A DNA stretch of 64,000 nt from Botryllus schlosseri (Eukaryota): the NCBI GenBank assembly GCA_051294905.1, contig CM119371.1, forward strand, positions 38,070,001 through 38,134,000, read 5' to 3'. A program made the translations under genes and the position numbers. The notes beneath the pieces are model-generated. The model did no database searches. It saw only the letters and a list, made by a program, of their open reading frames with translations, and had not been told where the DNA came from. Position 1 is the first letter of the stretch, and each line of letters opens with the position of its first letter. Shown in pieces: positions 38,201 to 53,200 of this stretch.

Positions 38201-41200
38201 AGCTCCTATTCCAGTAGAAGTATCGATATCCCAGCAAGTGAAAGAGTGGATATTCTAGGCCTAGTTTTGGTTGTAGCTGAAAACTGAATTTTGCGCAGAG
38301 TAGTCCTGACTCGTAGCCATTTCAGGAAGTAGGCAAGATATGAGTATAATATGGATCGAGTATTAATTTGGTGAAATTCTTTGGGTTGATCACTACTTAA
38401 CAGGTATGCCATTTCCACAAACGTGGGTTGCTTTGTACTACCTGTTTCGTGTGCTACCATACGACCGATCGAGGTTTACAGCCTTCCGCAGTGGGAAATT
38501 GCATCAAAACCATGATTCTCCTTGATAAATTGACTCCTTCCAGCAAGATGCGTGTAATTTAAAGGGGCACTGCACTCTAAAAATGTCGCGGTCTTAAAAT
38601 TGAAGGGCAAAACGAAATAGAAATTTTGGCCGCAGCCATTTCTTCAGAACGCCGCCGTAATGGAGCTGCAATTTATTGAAATTTCCACAGGACCATCACG
38701 CTCCAGCAGTCGCGCAGAGATCGAAGTTCATAAGGTCGTCAGCCGATGTTATGAAGGAAATATGTCGTACACGCCAAGGTGGTTTAGATACCGCTTTGAA
38801 CGGAAGATGTCCAGTCAGGAGATTTATGTCAAAATCGGGCCTTGTATATTCTATTTCTTTAGGACAGGAATATATCATGTCCTATTCTTATGTATAAAAC
38901 ATTGTTAGACATGTTCTACTTCTGTCCTAAAGAAATAGAATACACTAGGCCCGATTCTGACATGAATCTCCTGACTGGACATCTTCCGTTGACGCGGTAT
39001 CTAGACCACCTTGCCGTGTACGACATATTCCTTTCATAACATCGGCTGACGACTATATAAAGTTCGATCTCTGCGTGACTGCTGGAGCGTGATGGTCCTG
39101 TGGAAATTTAAGTAAATTGCAGCTCTTTCACGGTATCGTTCTGAAGAAAATGGCTGCGGCCAAAATTTTTAGTTCGTTTTGCCTTTCAATTTGAGACCAC
39201 ATCATTGTTAGAGTGCAGTGCCCCTTCAAGTACTAGAAAAAAATCTATCTCTTTGCTCGTCTCGACTCATCAGAATTAATACTAAACTCAGATTCGAATC
39301 ATTCAGTGACTCGGTTTTACTCAGCGCTAATCACGAATGTGAGGGATTCACCAAGCAGAGTTCTATGACGGGAGTGGAACGGGACTTGAACTGGAGACTT
39401 AACAGTAATATAGATATGACTGGACTTGACTTGGACTAGGAATTGACTCGGTGGCGAATTACTTGTGGTAGAAATTACTTGTGAATAGAAACCTCGTGAC
39501 TTGGTGGCAGGGTTGTAACCTAGTCGCAAGGGTTCCGAGTCACATATCAAACTCAATTTATACTTATGACTCGAGTCGAGTCGAGTTATTTTTGAATCAC
39601 CACCTAGTCAAGTTCAAGTAGAGGACGGGTTCTGAGTCATTGTGTTTTGACTCGAGTCAGAGTCCAAGTCGTTCTGTGCACTGTTCATTTTATAGTTCAA
39701 TCCAGGTCAACCCACTGTTATCAACTTTGCTCGACGGATATAGAATGGCTCGCATTGATAATATAGTAATTTTCCTCAGGCTAAACCGTTTCTGACCCTA
39801 TTTTCCAAGTATCAGGATCGATAGACGAAATACTAATGATGTTGTGATTACTATACTTCGAAGTTAACGAGGAAATGTCTGTGTTGGCCGTCCTAGTCTC
39901 GAGTTATACGACTTGCCGAGTCAATGAAAAAATTGACTCTAGTCGAGTCAATTTATGCATTTCAGAAAGGGACTCGAGTCAGGTCGAGTCTCCAAAATAT
40001 CGCGACTGGTGTTGAGTCATGACTCGAGTCACGCTTGGTCGCAAGCCTGCCATAAGCATATCTGATGTTTCAGAGTCTCAGACGTCAACTGCTGATTCTA
40101 GCCCCGCGTCAATTCGACACTCACCCGCCATTGTTTTGTCACACGAAGAAACAATAGAGGTAATGTTATTCAAACTAGTGCAGGCCGAAGTAGAAATTGA
40201 CATATCGTGCTGTGTAGTAATATGATAATGCACGCTCCATCAGGAATTGTCTTGTCTGCTGCAATTGTAGTACCATACTGTTTGAAGACAGCGAAACCAT
40301 AGTGTCATGCAATGATGTGGACACAGCAAAATCGAACGACTCTCTGCGTTTGGGTTACGGCATACTTTTCATTCGGCCAAAGTGCCCCTTCAAATATGCA
40401 AATCCAACTCGAGTGCTAACGATAAGACATAAGAGGTATCGTTTCTCATCACAAGTAATGTGAATCTCTGCTCACATCCAAGGAGTACATGCCTACATTG
40501 CTTTGATTGGAAATTGCAAATGAGAGGCCTGAATAGTACTGAGATAGTTTCAAAGAGTATGTTTGGCCGAGGGCTACCATACCCATAGAAACTGTACTTC
40601 AGAACTGCGCTTCAGTAAGCTGTACGAGTACGCGAACCTACTCTTTTTTATTTTACATGCAGGAGTCTCATGTGGAAGCGGACATGTCGACACGGGCCGT
40701 GACTGACATGCAGGTACAGACGGACAGACAGCAAGCAGACGACTATCTGGCTGCTATCAAAGCAGAGCTCGAAATGGCAATTTCCGCATTGTTGTTGCCA
40801 AAATTGGAGGAATGTGAGACTATTTTTTTGCTGTTATTATAGCCATGTACGCTAGGACGGTGGTTCTTGACCTTTTTGACCATGCGGAGCGGTAAAACTT
40901 CAAAAATCAAAGTTAGACCTAATTTTAATTACGACAAATGTAGGCACCTGAAATGTAGCATTGGAAACTTTATTTAATGCTGGCTACTTGATAGTATATA
41001 TTGGTACGTGGTTGTATTGAAGTTTCTTCAAGGTGAAGCTCGCCATGTCCTGTTAAAGACCTCTCACTAACTTGATTGCGAATGTTCGGTATCATTTTAA
41101 AGAAATGCGACTTTGATGTTTGCTATAGTTTCTGTTATACTGCCAAGTGTCGCTTGATTGCACTGTCGGAATTTCAAAATCTCTGTATCTCTCACGCTGA

Positions 41201-44200
41201 ACTCGTCTGAAACAAGTTGTAAGCTACTTTTAGACAGTTTCGTACGCCGTTGTGTCGTACGCCCGAAGTATATGGTGAACTCTTAATTACGATGACACGC
41301 AGAAAACTAACTTTGCAACTTCTGAATCAATTTAAAATTTAATGTTTCATTTCTCTACTGACTGGACAGTGGACAAACGTCCACCTTGCTTTTTGAAATT
41401 GGAACTAAAGCACTGCAATAGGGTATCTTAGCCAATTATCACATCGTTGGCTAGCAGTAAATACAATTATGCCAATAAAACAATAGTTGGTTATCTATAT
41501 CCTGAGCGTTGAATGTAGTTTCCGAAGTCGTTCGCAATAGGACTAAATCTGTTCAATGTCAATTCCTTGATAAGATTAAATCAAGATAATATTATGTTAT
41601 GGAATAGCCAAGCTATTCTGGTAGTGAATTGAAAATGCCAAGCTGCAAGCTACAGATTGTAGTTTCATGTTACGGTTTACATATGCAGAAGTTTACGGTA
41701 ATCTGATCCAGTAAAAGGCAAATTTTACTTTCAGTGAAACAGTCGCACCATCAATCCGAAGTGGAACGTAGCGAGAAAATAGAGTCCGCGGTTCGTCTGG
41801 CGGAGGAGATGATCGACAGGGCTTTGGAAAGCGCGAAAGCGAAGCAGAGTCTGGAGGTTGGTTCGTAGCGGGCTTGTAAAAAATACTATTTAAAAAGGCC
41901 ATATCTGGAACTACTCGCTTTTCAAAATACTTTACTAGAAGTAGAACTAGAATTAGCCTACTTATTTTTTTAAAATATGCAGCTAGAACTAGATCTGGAA
42001 CTACTAACCGTTCAAAATTCGTAACTAGGAGTAGAACTAGAATTACTGAACTTTCAAAATTCGCAACGATAACCACATCTAGAACTGCTCAATTTTCAAA
42101 ATTCGCAACTAGAACTGGATCTAGAACTACTCGATTCTCGAAATGCGCAATTTAACTAGAACTGCAACTGGTCACTTTTCAAAATTCGCAACAACAACTG
42201 CATCTAGAACCGCTCCATTCTCAAAATGTGCAACTGGAACTTTAACTTTAACAAGGTACTCACTTTTCCAAATACGCAACTGGAGCGAGATCTAGAACCA
42301 CCCACTTATCAAAATTTCTAATTAAAACTAGATCTATTGCTACTCACTTTTCAAAATTTGCCACTAAAACTAGATCTAGAACTACTCACTTTTCAAAGTT
42401 CACATCTAGAACATTATCTCGAACTACTCATATTTCAAAATGCGCAACTGAACACTAGAATTACTTTGTTTCAAAATACGCTACCAGTACTAGAACTACT
42501 AACTTTTCAAAACACCCAAATGGAACTAGTCAGTTTTCGAAATTTGCAACTAGAACTACATTTAGAAACTGCCCAATTTTCAAAATGCATAACTAGAACG
42601 GTAACCACTCACTTTTAGAAATTTGCAAATAGAACTAGAACTGCTTGCTCTTCAAAAAGTACACAAGCACACCATTTTAAAAATTCGCAACTAGAACTAG
42701 AACTAGAAATGCTAGAAAAATAACCGTAGTTAGTTGACAGCCGTAAAAGCGAGATCGGTAGTTTGCACAAGTTTGTCAACCTGTAGATGACGTCACCTCT
42801 GCATGCCTTGTGTCGTCACACAGTCGCTCTTTTCTCAGTCGGACGGCGGAAACTTCCTTCTGGCGAAATATCTTTCCGACAGCCGGCAGGAACTCGTCAG
42901 GAACGTGACAAGCCAAATGCATGACCAGGTCTTCTTACTAACCACTTCTGCTTTTCACTCGAGTAGTTTAGAGTAGTTCTACATTTAGATTGGCTTTAAC
43001 ACTTTTTGGTCAAGTACTCAAGTAGGTAGTGTCAACTTGCGCTACTCAGGGGGACTGGCGCCTATAAATTTGATAACTTATCGAAATTTTCAAATTTTTT
43101 CGGTTGGAAATCCTAACATGGTACCCTTGTTCTTATATCATGGCCTTGTCTCACCAAACAAAATGAGCAAAATTGCAAAATTACATTCTTACTGAGCATG
43201 CCGCCAGTATTTTCTTTTACTGCGAAACTGTTTTTCTCACTCGTAAAATTTCGTTGTCTCGCTGCATCATAAACCGAGGATTTGTACGAAATTTCTGTCG
43301 TAAATGACTCGCTGATTTTTGCAAAGCCAACATTCAAATCTATGTTTTGCTAATTTTTGTTCGGCCTAGGTATGCCATGCTTTGAGCTACAGAACTTTTT
43401 AATAAAATATTGAATTTTGAAATTTCAAAACTAATTTTCGCCGAGATGAGTTGCACATAATCCTTCAAACTTTAGCAACAAGTAGGACTGTTCTGTTACT
43501 TCCTAAAACAGAGTGACTGCAAAAGGAGAGACACAATTTTAAGGTACGGTGTTCGACGTTTCATATCACTATTTCTTTTGTCAAATCCAAATTTTGTGGG
43601 CTAGAACTATTATTTGTTATATTTTGTTTGAAGCATAGCAGCACCTTGCATCTGTGAAAGTTTCAAGGTGATGAGGGTGCCGCTTCACGAGATAGCTCTG
43701 CGAAACCGTGTTTCTCACACGTAAAATTTCGTTATCTCGCTTCATCGTAAACGAGGATTTGTACGAAATTCCTGTCGTAAATGACTCGCTGATTTTGTAA
43801 AAGACAACGTTCATATCTATATTTTACAAATTTTCGTTTCGCAGAACATAACTTCACGGTGAAATTTTGAAAAACAATATTGAAATTTGGAATTTCAAAA
43901 CGAAATTTCTCCAAGATCAGCTGCACGTAATCCTTCCAACCTTAGCAACATGTAGGACTGTCCTACTACGGTACTTCCTAAAACAGACGGTAGATAGGAA
44001 ATGGGACACTACGATTTTTAGGTACGGGGTTTGGCATGTCAGAGCACTATTTCTTTTATCAAATCCAAATTTTTGGGGGCTATAACTACAATTTTTGATA
44101 TTCTGTTTATAGCATAGCGACACCTTGCAGCTGTGAAAATTTCAAGGTGATGGAAGTAGCTCTTTTCGAGATAGCTTTGTTGAGGTGCTAGTCTGCTTGA

Positions 44201-47200
44201 AAGTGACGAAAACTAATTCTATTAACCACTGCCACATTCTACACTGCTTACTCTAGTAGTTTTGAATGGCTGTTCTCAACCTTTGCAGCTTGTTCTGTGC
44301 AAAATTTTTCAAAGTTGTCAGCAATGATACTTAAGTAGCAGTACAAGTACCGTGCCACTAAATTCTGAAAACTCAAGTAGCTTCTTTCAAGTTGGTATGA
44401 CGATGGTTCCCACTTGTAATTTCTACTCGGAAGTTTTTACTCAAGACGTTCAGAGTATTTTTACTCAAGTTTTGGTAATTTGCTTTGTTGTCAACTGGAA
44501 ATTCGCATCTACTTTTCTTAGGACGCGAAAAGTGGACGAGAAGTTTCGACGATGACCGAGACGTCGGACTCTGAAATCGAGTCGAGTCTGGTGAGAAGTT
44601 TGAGTCCGGACTCGGTGAGGAGGACGCAGGACGTCGTGCTGCAGAAAAACCAGCTCGTTGCTCGGGCCGACATCGACAATGCACTCGGAGAGATTTTCGG
44701 TATGAACTTGACAACCAATTACCAATAATATACTTGGTCTGATATCACAGGGGGCCATGGGACAGGATGCTTTGGCAAGGTTTTCAGTATAAATAGCGGA
44801 AAGATTAGGGTTACCATATTTTTGCGACACAAATTCCGGACGCTCGTCGGCGCCCACTAGTGGATTTTAAAATAAGGTATGAGCATATTGTCGATCACTA
44901 TGACGTCACACCAGCAATGCTTTGTCTATCGACTAGAGGTGGTCACGATCCGGTTCAGGAGTATATGGTTGTGTGTTGTAAGTTGTAACCAGGTCCTAAG
45001 CCCCATTTTTTCAGCCCATCATCAACAAATAAACACTAATTTTTGGCCCACCATAGTGTAATCGATGCAACTTCTGGGGGCTTACTATATGCATATGGTC
45101 GGTAAATGATTTGAATGAATTATGTCAATAATACTGGTTCTTCCACATATTACTATACAATTTTGATCCTCTCTCCGCCCACATGATCAGATTTAGCAGT
45201 ACACAGCTAGCTGGTGGAGGAGGCTGACTTCGAAAATGCAAGAAGCGTAATTATACATTGTTAAGTCATGTTCGTGTCACACCGACAAGCTTATTTATCA
45301 GCCTAAAGCCTGAGATTACTGTACCACTGAGCTATATAAACACCCTAAATCCGGTGGCTTCGCACCTTTTATGGGCGCGACTCCATTTTCAATTTGCCGT
45401 GGCCTAGCTCCAAATTTTATAAGCTGATTACTAATTAAAGGTCCGCAAATTTACCTAGACTTACTCACAGCCGAATTTGAAAGCTGATTACTTTCAACAT
45501 CATCGTGAACCCCAGAGGCCTAGAATAAAGGCAAACTAACCCAGGTTTAGAACCACTATCTTTGAACAAAGCATCAAATAAACGGCGATTATAATTGAAC
45601 TTATTTCTGTAAATGAACGCAATTTTTTGCGAGGGTGGTAGTCCCCATATTAAATCTAATATACGTGATGCTGTATCGCGCGCAGCGCGAAGAAAAATTT
45701 CACGAAGCATAAATCTAGCCAAAGTAATGTTGTTTATGTTGATTTACGAGAAAATCATGATTTTACTTGAAGCCTTCAAAATTCCGGACATTTGGGCATA
45801 TTTCAGAAATTCCTCCCGGACGCAGTTTTAACAGTGAAATTCCGGACATGTCTGGGAAATTCCGGACGTATGGCAACCCTAGGAAAGATGAATGGGAGAT
45901 CGGCAGTCCACAACACATTCGATGTATCCAACTTGCAGAGGGACAGGTTCAACCAATGAACCTGGAACCTAGTGCAAGGAGAGAGATGTGATATGGAGGA
46001 TGGAATTCTCATTTCAGATTAGAAGGTTGTGTACCAGGTCACTGCTCTGTGTGTTCAGTCAGGGTTTGAGAAGGAGCCCATCTTGTTACAGGAAGGAGAG
46101 ATTGTTTTTTAGACATGAAGAAACTGTTCAGTGCAGGATAATTCAGCTGTTTCATAGGGATTTGCAATGACAGTATGCAGATTGAAAGAAGTTTTGTCAT
46201 ATTGGGATTGAAAGAACAAGGTTTCTAGAGCAAATTGCCTGAAGTCATTCACTGTCATGAGCGTTTATATATTGGCAATACAGATTTATTCATAACATTC
46301 AATAGTGAGGTCAGAGATTGGTACGTGTGCTAGGGCACCTATTATGCTGAAAAGTAAGTAACCGAGGAGAGACGGGGATCATTAGATGTGAAATTATTTT
46401 TATGGAGTTACCAGGGTTTGAAACAGGTCTCCTAGAGCAGTGCTCTTCAGCCGGGCGTACCGTGCCAGAAATACTCGAGGGTTCACCACTTCTAAGGGAT
46501 ACAAGTGCAAGTGATGAAGACCTTTTTTAGTCATCACTATGTTAGTGAAGGCAAGAGTGTTTATTTATAGTTGTCACGGTTATTGTTGAACACTACTGTA
46601 ATGGGGCGTATAGTTTTTTGTGAATGTTGAAATGGTGTACTATTCTGAAAAAGGCGGAAGTCCGCTGTCCTAGCACACCGTGCACAGAAAAGTGAAAAAG
46701 CTGCACTGAGGTGATGTCAGAGAAAGATAAATCCTATATATGCTAAATTAAGCTGTCATATTGCTGAATACATGGCTCATTTTACTTTCTAAATCGTAGA
46801 ATGGAATGTGAAATGGGTATAATTATGAAACACTCGCGACCATAAGTCAATCGCCTGAATGACAGTTATCACGCAGACTGTTTATATTGGCTTGCATTTT
46901 GGCTCAAGTCCACTATTTTTGTAAATAGGTGAGGGTCGTTTTCCTGATTAATAGTAGCTTATGTCCCAATACAGCTTTAAAAATATGATCATTTCAGCTA
47001 TAAAAATAACATGAAATGAATCTTCATGTCTCAACTTTCTCATCAAAAAGATATTAGTCTGGTCCCTCATTGACCCAAGTCAATTTATTTCAAGTTAACT
47101 TGTTTTGAGTCAATTTTTAGGTTAATTTGTTCCGAGTCAATCTGCGAGTCAAGTTGTTACAACTTGATTCACGAGTCCATTTGCTCTGTTTAGATGGTTC

Positions 47201-50200
47201 GAGCTCGCCACAACAATTCAGAACTTCCATCACTTTCACCGCCATCGATCGCCAGCCAGAAAGCATGTGTGACGTCACAGAGGACGACAATTGGACGTTT
47301 TCGGGGTTACGAATTTCGTCGGACCCCGAAGTTTCAGAGTCGACCAGAGACGACTCAAATGGGGAGCAGCATATTCCGGCAACTCAAGTTTGGTCCGTTT
47401 TCTTTTTTTTTAATTTTACTTTTTGCTTAGATTTCCAATTCTGCGTGACAGGCGGTCAAACGTGACAGACACACCTCAATCCCTGTCGAGCTCGAAATTT
47501 GAAATCGTAGACGATCTGCCCCGGAAACAACCAAGGCCAATTGATGTCGCCGACAGCCCTGCGCTGATCCGGTCCATGAGTCAGGAAATTGATCACATGG
47601 CTCCAAACGAAGAGGTCAGACAATTTTGGTTACGGTTTGTCTATAGATTACTAGTCCACAGATAGATATGCAACTCCCGTTGTTGCACTTCGTCAAGCAG
47701 TTTCATTTACTAGTGAGCAATATGAAGGCAGCATGCGCAAGAAGTTAATGCAACTGATCTTAATCGAAAGATAGTTTCGCACTAATTTGGAAAATACCAA
47801 TCAAATGTAGTCATTGCATTAGAAACGGCCCTCAAATTATGAAATCGACATTGTTCTAACAACGGGAGCGGCGTTACACGATAACCATAACAATGCCTAA
47901 TTTCTTCAAGCAATTGTTCGGAATAATGCAGATTTTCAGACTTTGAAGGGTGTTTCGGGGTGGTTACATTGCCCTTACCAGATGCGCTTGTGTATCTATC
48001 CTTAGGTTAGTAATCTATAGTTTGACAGGCTTTTACTTCGGTGAACATGCCCATTATTTAAATCTGTAAATTTTCCTTCAGCCTGGATCTGTGGCTCCCC
48101 CTGGTGTTGTCGAAGAATTGATCCGCCCTGTCGATCGCGACGTCGTTGATTCATCCCCGGCCCAGGACACGTGAGTTTGAAATTGAATAAAATCAAATGA
48201 AAAACGAATTTGTGACAAGGCATCAAAACAGAGGCTCCTACAAGAAATAATATGAAATCAAACATCTTAATGTTCCGCTAGACTGTCTTGAACTGCCGAA
48301 GGCAAACTCGAACTTGCACTGTGCCTGCTATTGCGCAGTGTAGAGCTCATGTACTAGATCCATTTGGAGTTCTTGGAATGAATTAGAACATGGGCCACCA
48401 AATCAAAATTAGCCAATTTTTCAACCTGGTAGGTTGGCGTTGCCGACGAAAACAGCAATATCGAAGGCAAAGGTTCTAAAATACTGCCGAGTCCCACAAT
48501 CCACCTTTATCGTTCAGAATATGTCCTGGTGTGCTACATCCAGCCCACAGGCAGCGAGTTTGACCCTTGAATTAGAACATAGGAAATAAATTGGTTTGGC
48601 GCGAATTCCAATGCTTTATTGTAAGATCTCTTCATCGTAGAATGTCATTAACAGGCTTGACCTTAACGACGGAAGGGAATGGATTCAGTCGTTTAGTTTG
48701 TTATCATGTAACAATAATTTTACTGGTAGTTACCGTATTGTAAGATTCAATTTACGTATATAATTAAGGCAGAGGGATAGGAAATACTAAGTACATGATA
48801 CAGTCCGATGCAACTCTGTTGTAGCACCTCACGTCATCCGGGGTGATAAAGTAGCGGGTCGGGTGTATCAGCCTCTCATTTTCTGCAGCAGATACCGGTA
48901 ATGCTTAAAATTGATGAAAATGATGAAAAATTGCAGAATATCGCAAGATGACGCCAACTTCATGGCTGACAACGACGACCTGGACGAAAAATTCTCTCTG
49001 ATTTTGGCTGCCGAGGCTCGGACTGGAGCAGAAAAAGAGACGCAATCGCACGTTTCCGTGACAACCGAAATGACCAGCAAAACACCCGATGTGAGTTTTG
49101 TGACAGTTTTGGTTCTCGGCTGTTTTAGCTCAGGGCACAATTTCAAAAATAATTTTGCGGATCAGAAATATTACACTGCTTTTCCAATATTATTATTATT
49201 AGGCACAGTTCTATTGAAGTTTCTGCGAGTCTTGTTATAAACCACTAACTTTATTTTGATCGTTCGGTTTTTCCCGACATGGCCATCCTAGGTAGAGCTT
49301 GAGAGCAGAGTCTAAACTTGGTTTGTGCGGTCACGTGAAGGTAAATTACGGAGATCAGACGGTAAGTTATTCCATATAGTGACACCAATAAACATGATTG
49401 AATTTTGCACAAGACTGGTAGAGTGGTGACAGGAACAGGCAGGAAAATCTTTTGCAATGCTGGGAATATCCTAAGGTGTGTGGAACTGATTAGTGATTAC
49501 CAAAGTATAGTGGTAGTTCACCCAGTATATCAGCACTGTCAGTCATCAATACAAACTCGATGGAAGAGACTGCGTCTGGGCTATATAAGTAGCCAGTTTA
49601 ACTGCTCAGGACATTCAGTCAAACTTGCTATTGCTATACTTTAGTTCTGCTACTTATCTGACTGAATGATAGGAAACCGAGCTCCTGCAAGAAAGTTAAA
49701 CAAATGAGCTATTAGAAAAGATAGCTGCGAGAAAGTCCAAAGCAGCACGGCAGTCTTACAGTTCCCTGGTTGGTTCAGGCTTCAGGCTGGCCCTGTGGTA
49801 GAATAGGTAGCTGCAGTGAAAACAAGCTTAGAATGACAGACTTTTACAAACTACTGGATTGTCAAATTGCGCAACTCGCAATATGAATTGTTGATGAGCT
49901 AAAAATGTTTGAGATCGAATCGGCATTTCAAAGGGTCGGGGTTTCTAGATGGGATGGGTTTAACTAACTAGATGGGCAGTCTGTACAAGTGTTGGGATCA
50001 AGTCACTACCTTCTATTCACGAGTCATTGCTCGTTTTGACTCGAGTCAAGTCATTCGATTTGTGAAGGTGACACGAGTCAAGTCACTCAGTCATTTCGAA
50101 GTTCGATATATGATTCTAGCTATTGCATCTTGCAAGATGGATGTAGTACATATTGATCTACTATTAACTGTGAATCGAGTAACGAATATCGTGTTAATTG

Positions 50201-53200
50201 CACATTCAATGGCTCGCATATATGTAGACCTGCTGAGCCACGTCGGCAACAGTCCACCAAATAGGTAATAGAATATGAAACCTCAGAAAGTTGAAACTAA
50301 TTAATACGATGTAACACACAATCCACCAACACATCCATACGATACAACAATTGAGGCCTGAACCAATCGTTGACGAGTAATCTAAATCTGTAAACTAATA
50401 TAGTGTATCAGTGTGATTCAAATAACGCAATGGGTTCGTTAAGATTTGCACTGAGCAGTTCACTGCTATAGATAGAACACTACTAATCTGCGCCAACAAA
50501 AGCTCTAATCTAGGAGTTCTCAAAGTGCGGGCCACGGAGCTATTTGGAAAATCTTAGAAATAATGTAAGTTTAGTAATATTTGATGTGTTAATAGCTAAA
50601 AAAATAAATTCTTATTAGTTGATTATACGTAGGCTACATAAAGCTTTTCATCCGACTCTGATGAGACGTAGTGGTACGTATGGAGTCAGCATTTCAAGTC
50701 TAAAATGGGAGGCAGAAAAGGCGGCTTATTGCACTGGCTATGACTACATATCGCTAACAGCATCTAAACTAATATGCGCGTATATAATACCTGGAAGGTA
50801 ATGCTGAAGTAACCAAGTATTCCGGCAGGGTCATAATGTCGTATGCCATTGAAAGGGGTGTGCAATAAACTCGGAATGAAGTGTAATTGATGTATAAATT
50901 TATTGTACTTCGGCAGGTCGTATTATTGTAAGTTAAAAATGGCCATAATGACAAATTATTAGCAACTTCTGGTGGAGGTATACTGCACCACTGCAACGAA
51001 TAGTAATGGATTGGGGATTCAGCGGAGCGCATTAATATTTGCAGTCTGTTTAAAATGTCATGCCTGGAAATCAATGTAGGGCCTACATAATGTGAGAGTC
51101 ACATGAATTGATAGTGGATGGAATATTCCGACATCGCAACTTCAGTTGGTTCAGTACGTGACATACAATGTACATTGTAGGCTATACAGCATGCATATAA
51201 TCTGAAGATCTTTCTCCGCTCCTCTGTAGTACCCCGTAAGCAATGAATTGTTTGAAGCTAGCTCAGACTGATTATACCATTCCCCTCAATAGTGAAACTA
51301 AAATTCCAGTCACACAGTGTATACGGGAATCCGATCATTGTGTTTCGCGAAGCGAATGGAGCAGCGGACGATCATAAAATACTCAAAAGTTTGAGCATAT
51401 GATCTACCAGAGCCGTAACTGCCGAACCCCAATCATGAGAGATAGAAGGGGCCCAAGATTATTTCGTTGGTCGATTGTTGGAAGATAATCATTGAACTTG
51501 AAAATTTTCGCCGCTCCGCGCGACTTCATGCTCCGACATGTTTATATTTTGATTTCATCATTAAATAAGAAGAAAAATGCGCATATTTTAAAGAAATAGG
51601 CATATCGGCGCCGTCGATTACCACGCATTGAACAGGATTATGACTTTAAGATTAGAGGTGGGCCAAAGCACATTTTCAACCAGGAAAATGGGCCACGGCC
51701 AAGAAAGGGCTGAGAACCCCTGCTCTAATCACTTCGTTTCCGGTCAATATATTTGTGACATACTGGCTGAGTAAAACCGGGCGGCGCAATCGTTGCTCGC
51801 ACTGATCGTATCCGCGTTTCGAGAACATGTAGCCTACTTATAGGAACAGCGATTTAGGCGACACCGATTACTAGACTTGTAATTTGCTCGAAAATTTTGC
51901 TTCGAGAAACTAGTCAATTCACACCGCACCGAGTCAAGTAATTTCTGCAAAGTGACTCAAGTCAAGTCATCAGAAAAAGTTAAGTCGTCCCAACACTGGT
52001 CTGTATACAGACGTGGTGTGTATATATTCTCCCATGTAACTTTAAAATCCGATCTAAAAGTCATTTTATGCCAAAGTGTGAGTTGTATTATGTCATAGGG
52101 GGCCATACTTTTGTGGCTCAAATTCTGCACCCATTCTTTAGCACCCACTAGTGTAATTATACTGCTAGAAAAATCGATTACTAGGTAGGGTCACCATACG
52201 TCCTCCTTTAGGTAATAGGGACACGCCGATAATATTCCTCTCATTGGGCGGGGGCTGATAGTTATGAAGGTCGTGCCAGTTGTCAAGTGTGAAGTATTCA
52301 CCAGATAATTGCATATTGTACTCCACCAATTAAGGGTAATCCGAGAATAATCAATGAAAAACTCAAATAACTCCACTTCTAGTTGTTATAATTGACTCAA
52401 ATTTGTTTTGCATCGTCTTTGAAGACAGCTCAACAATTCTTTGGGGTTGACAGAAAAAGTTGAATTTTTTTTTGATTTTCCGAACAAATTGAAAATTTTA
52501 ATTGGATCTGTGGAGCCTGATACTTGTCAGAATTGAACCAAATTTGGTGTGCCGCTTTTCTAGGCTATCTTGACAACTTAAACCCTGAATGGCTGGAATC
52601 CAGAAAAAAGTTATCTTTAAACAACCCTACTGCCCATGTCATCCTGATAATGCCGAGTGCCAAGCGGAGGATCCATGTATACCGGTTTTACTAATCGGGT
52701 CTTTGGTCTGACCAGGCCAGGGATTGAACCCACGAGCTACCGATCCGGAAGCCATTACGCTGTCTTGGAATTCCATTTTTGCTTAAAAAAATTGATTAGA
52801 GTTACCATATAAATAGGATTACCATATTTTGAGATACGGAAAGGGGGATCTCTTTTCACAGGGTACACAAATAGCGGACGAGAAAATGGGCGATTTTTAT
52901 ACTTATAGAGCTAATTTAGTTCTGTTGGTCAACACGACTCCCGAAATATCCGTCGCCCGTGGGTTCGGCCCAACATTTCACGTTTTTCGTGGTCTATTTG
53001 ACCATTTTAGGCTTAAAAGAAGGACAAATTGCCAAAAAGGAGGACAAATCCTCCTGAAGGAGAACGTATTGTAACCCTACATAGAAATGAGACACATAGC
53101 CACTGGAATTACGTTAAAGTAATTGAAACTATGTCCATGCAATTGAAATCTTTTCCGTACTTTTATAGTAAATGCGTAATTGCCCCGAGTTGTTTGTAAT

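Noticed and set aside
38660..38908. Overlapping ORFs on both strands
   Set aside because: Lie within the palindromic MITE; no coding signature
44373..44857. Minus-strand ORFs of 113-130 aa
   Set aside because: Antisense shadow of MYRIP exon 44522-44699 plus adjacent MITE sequence
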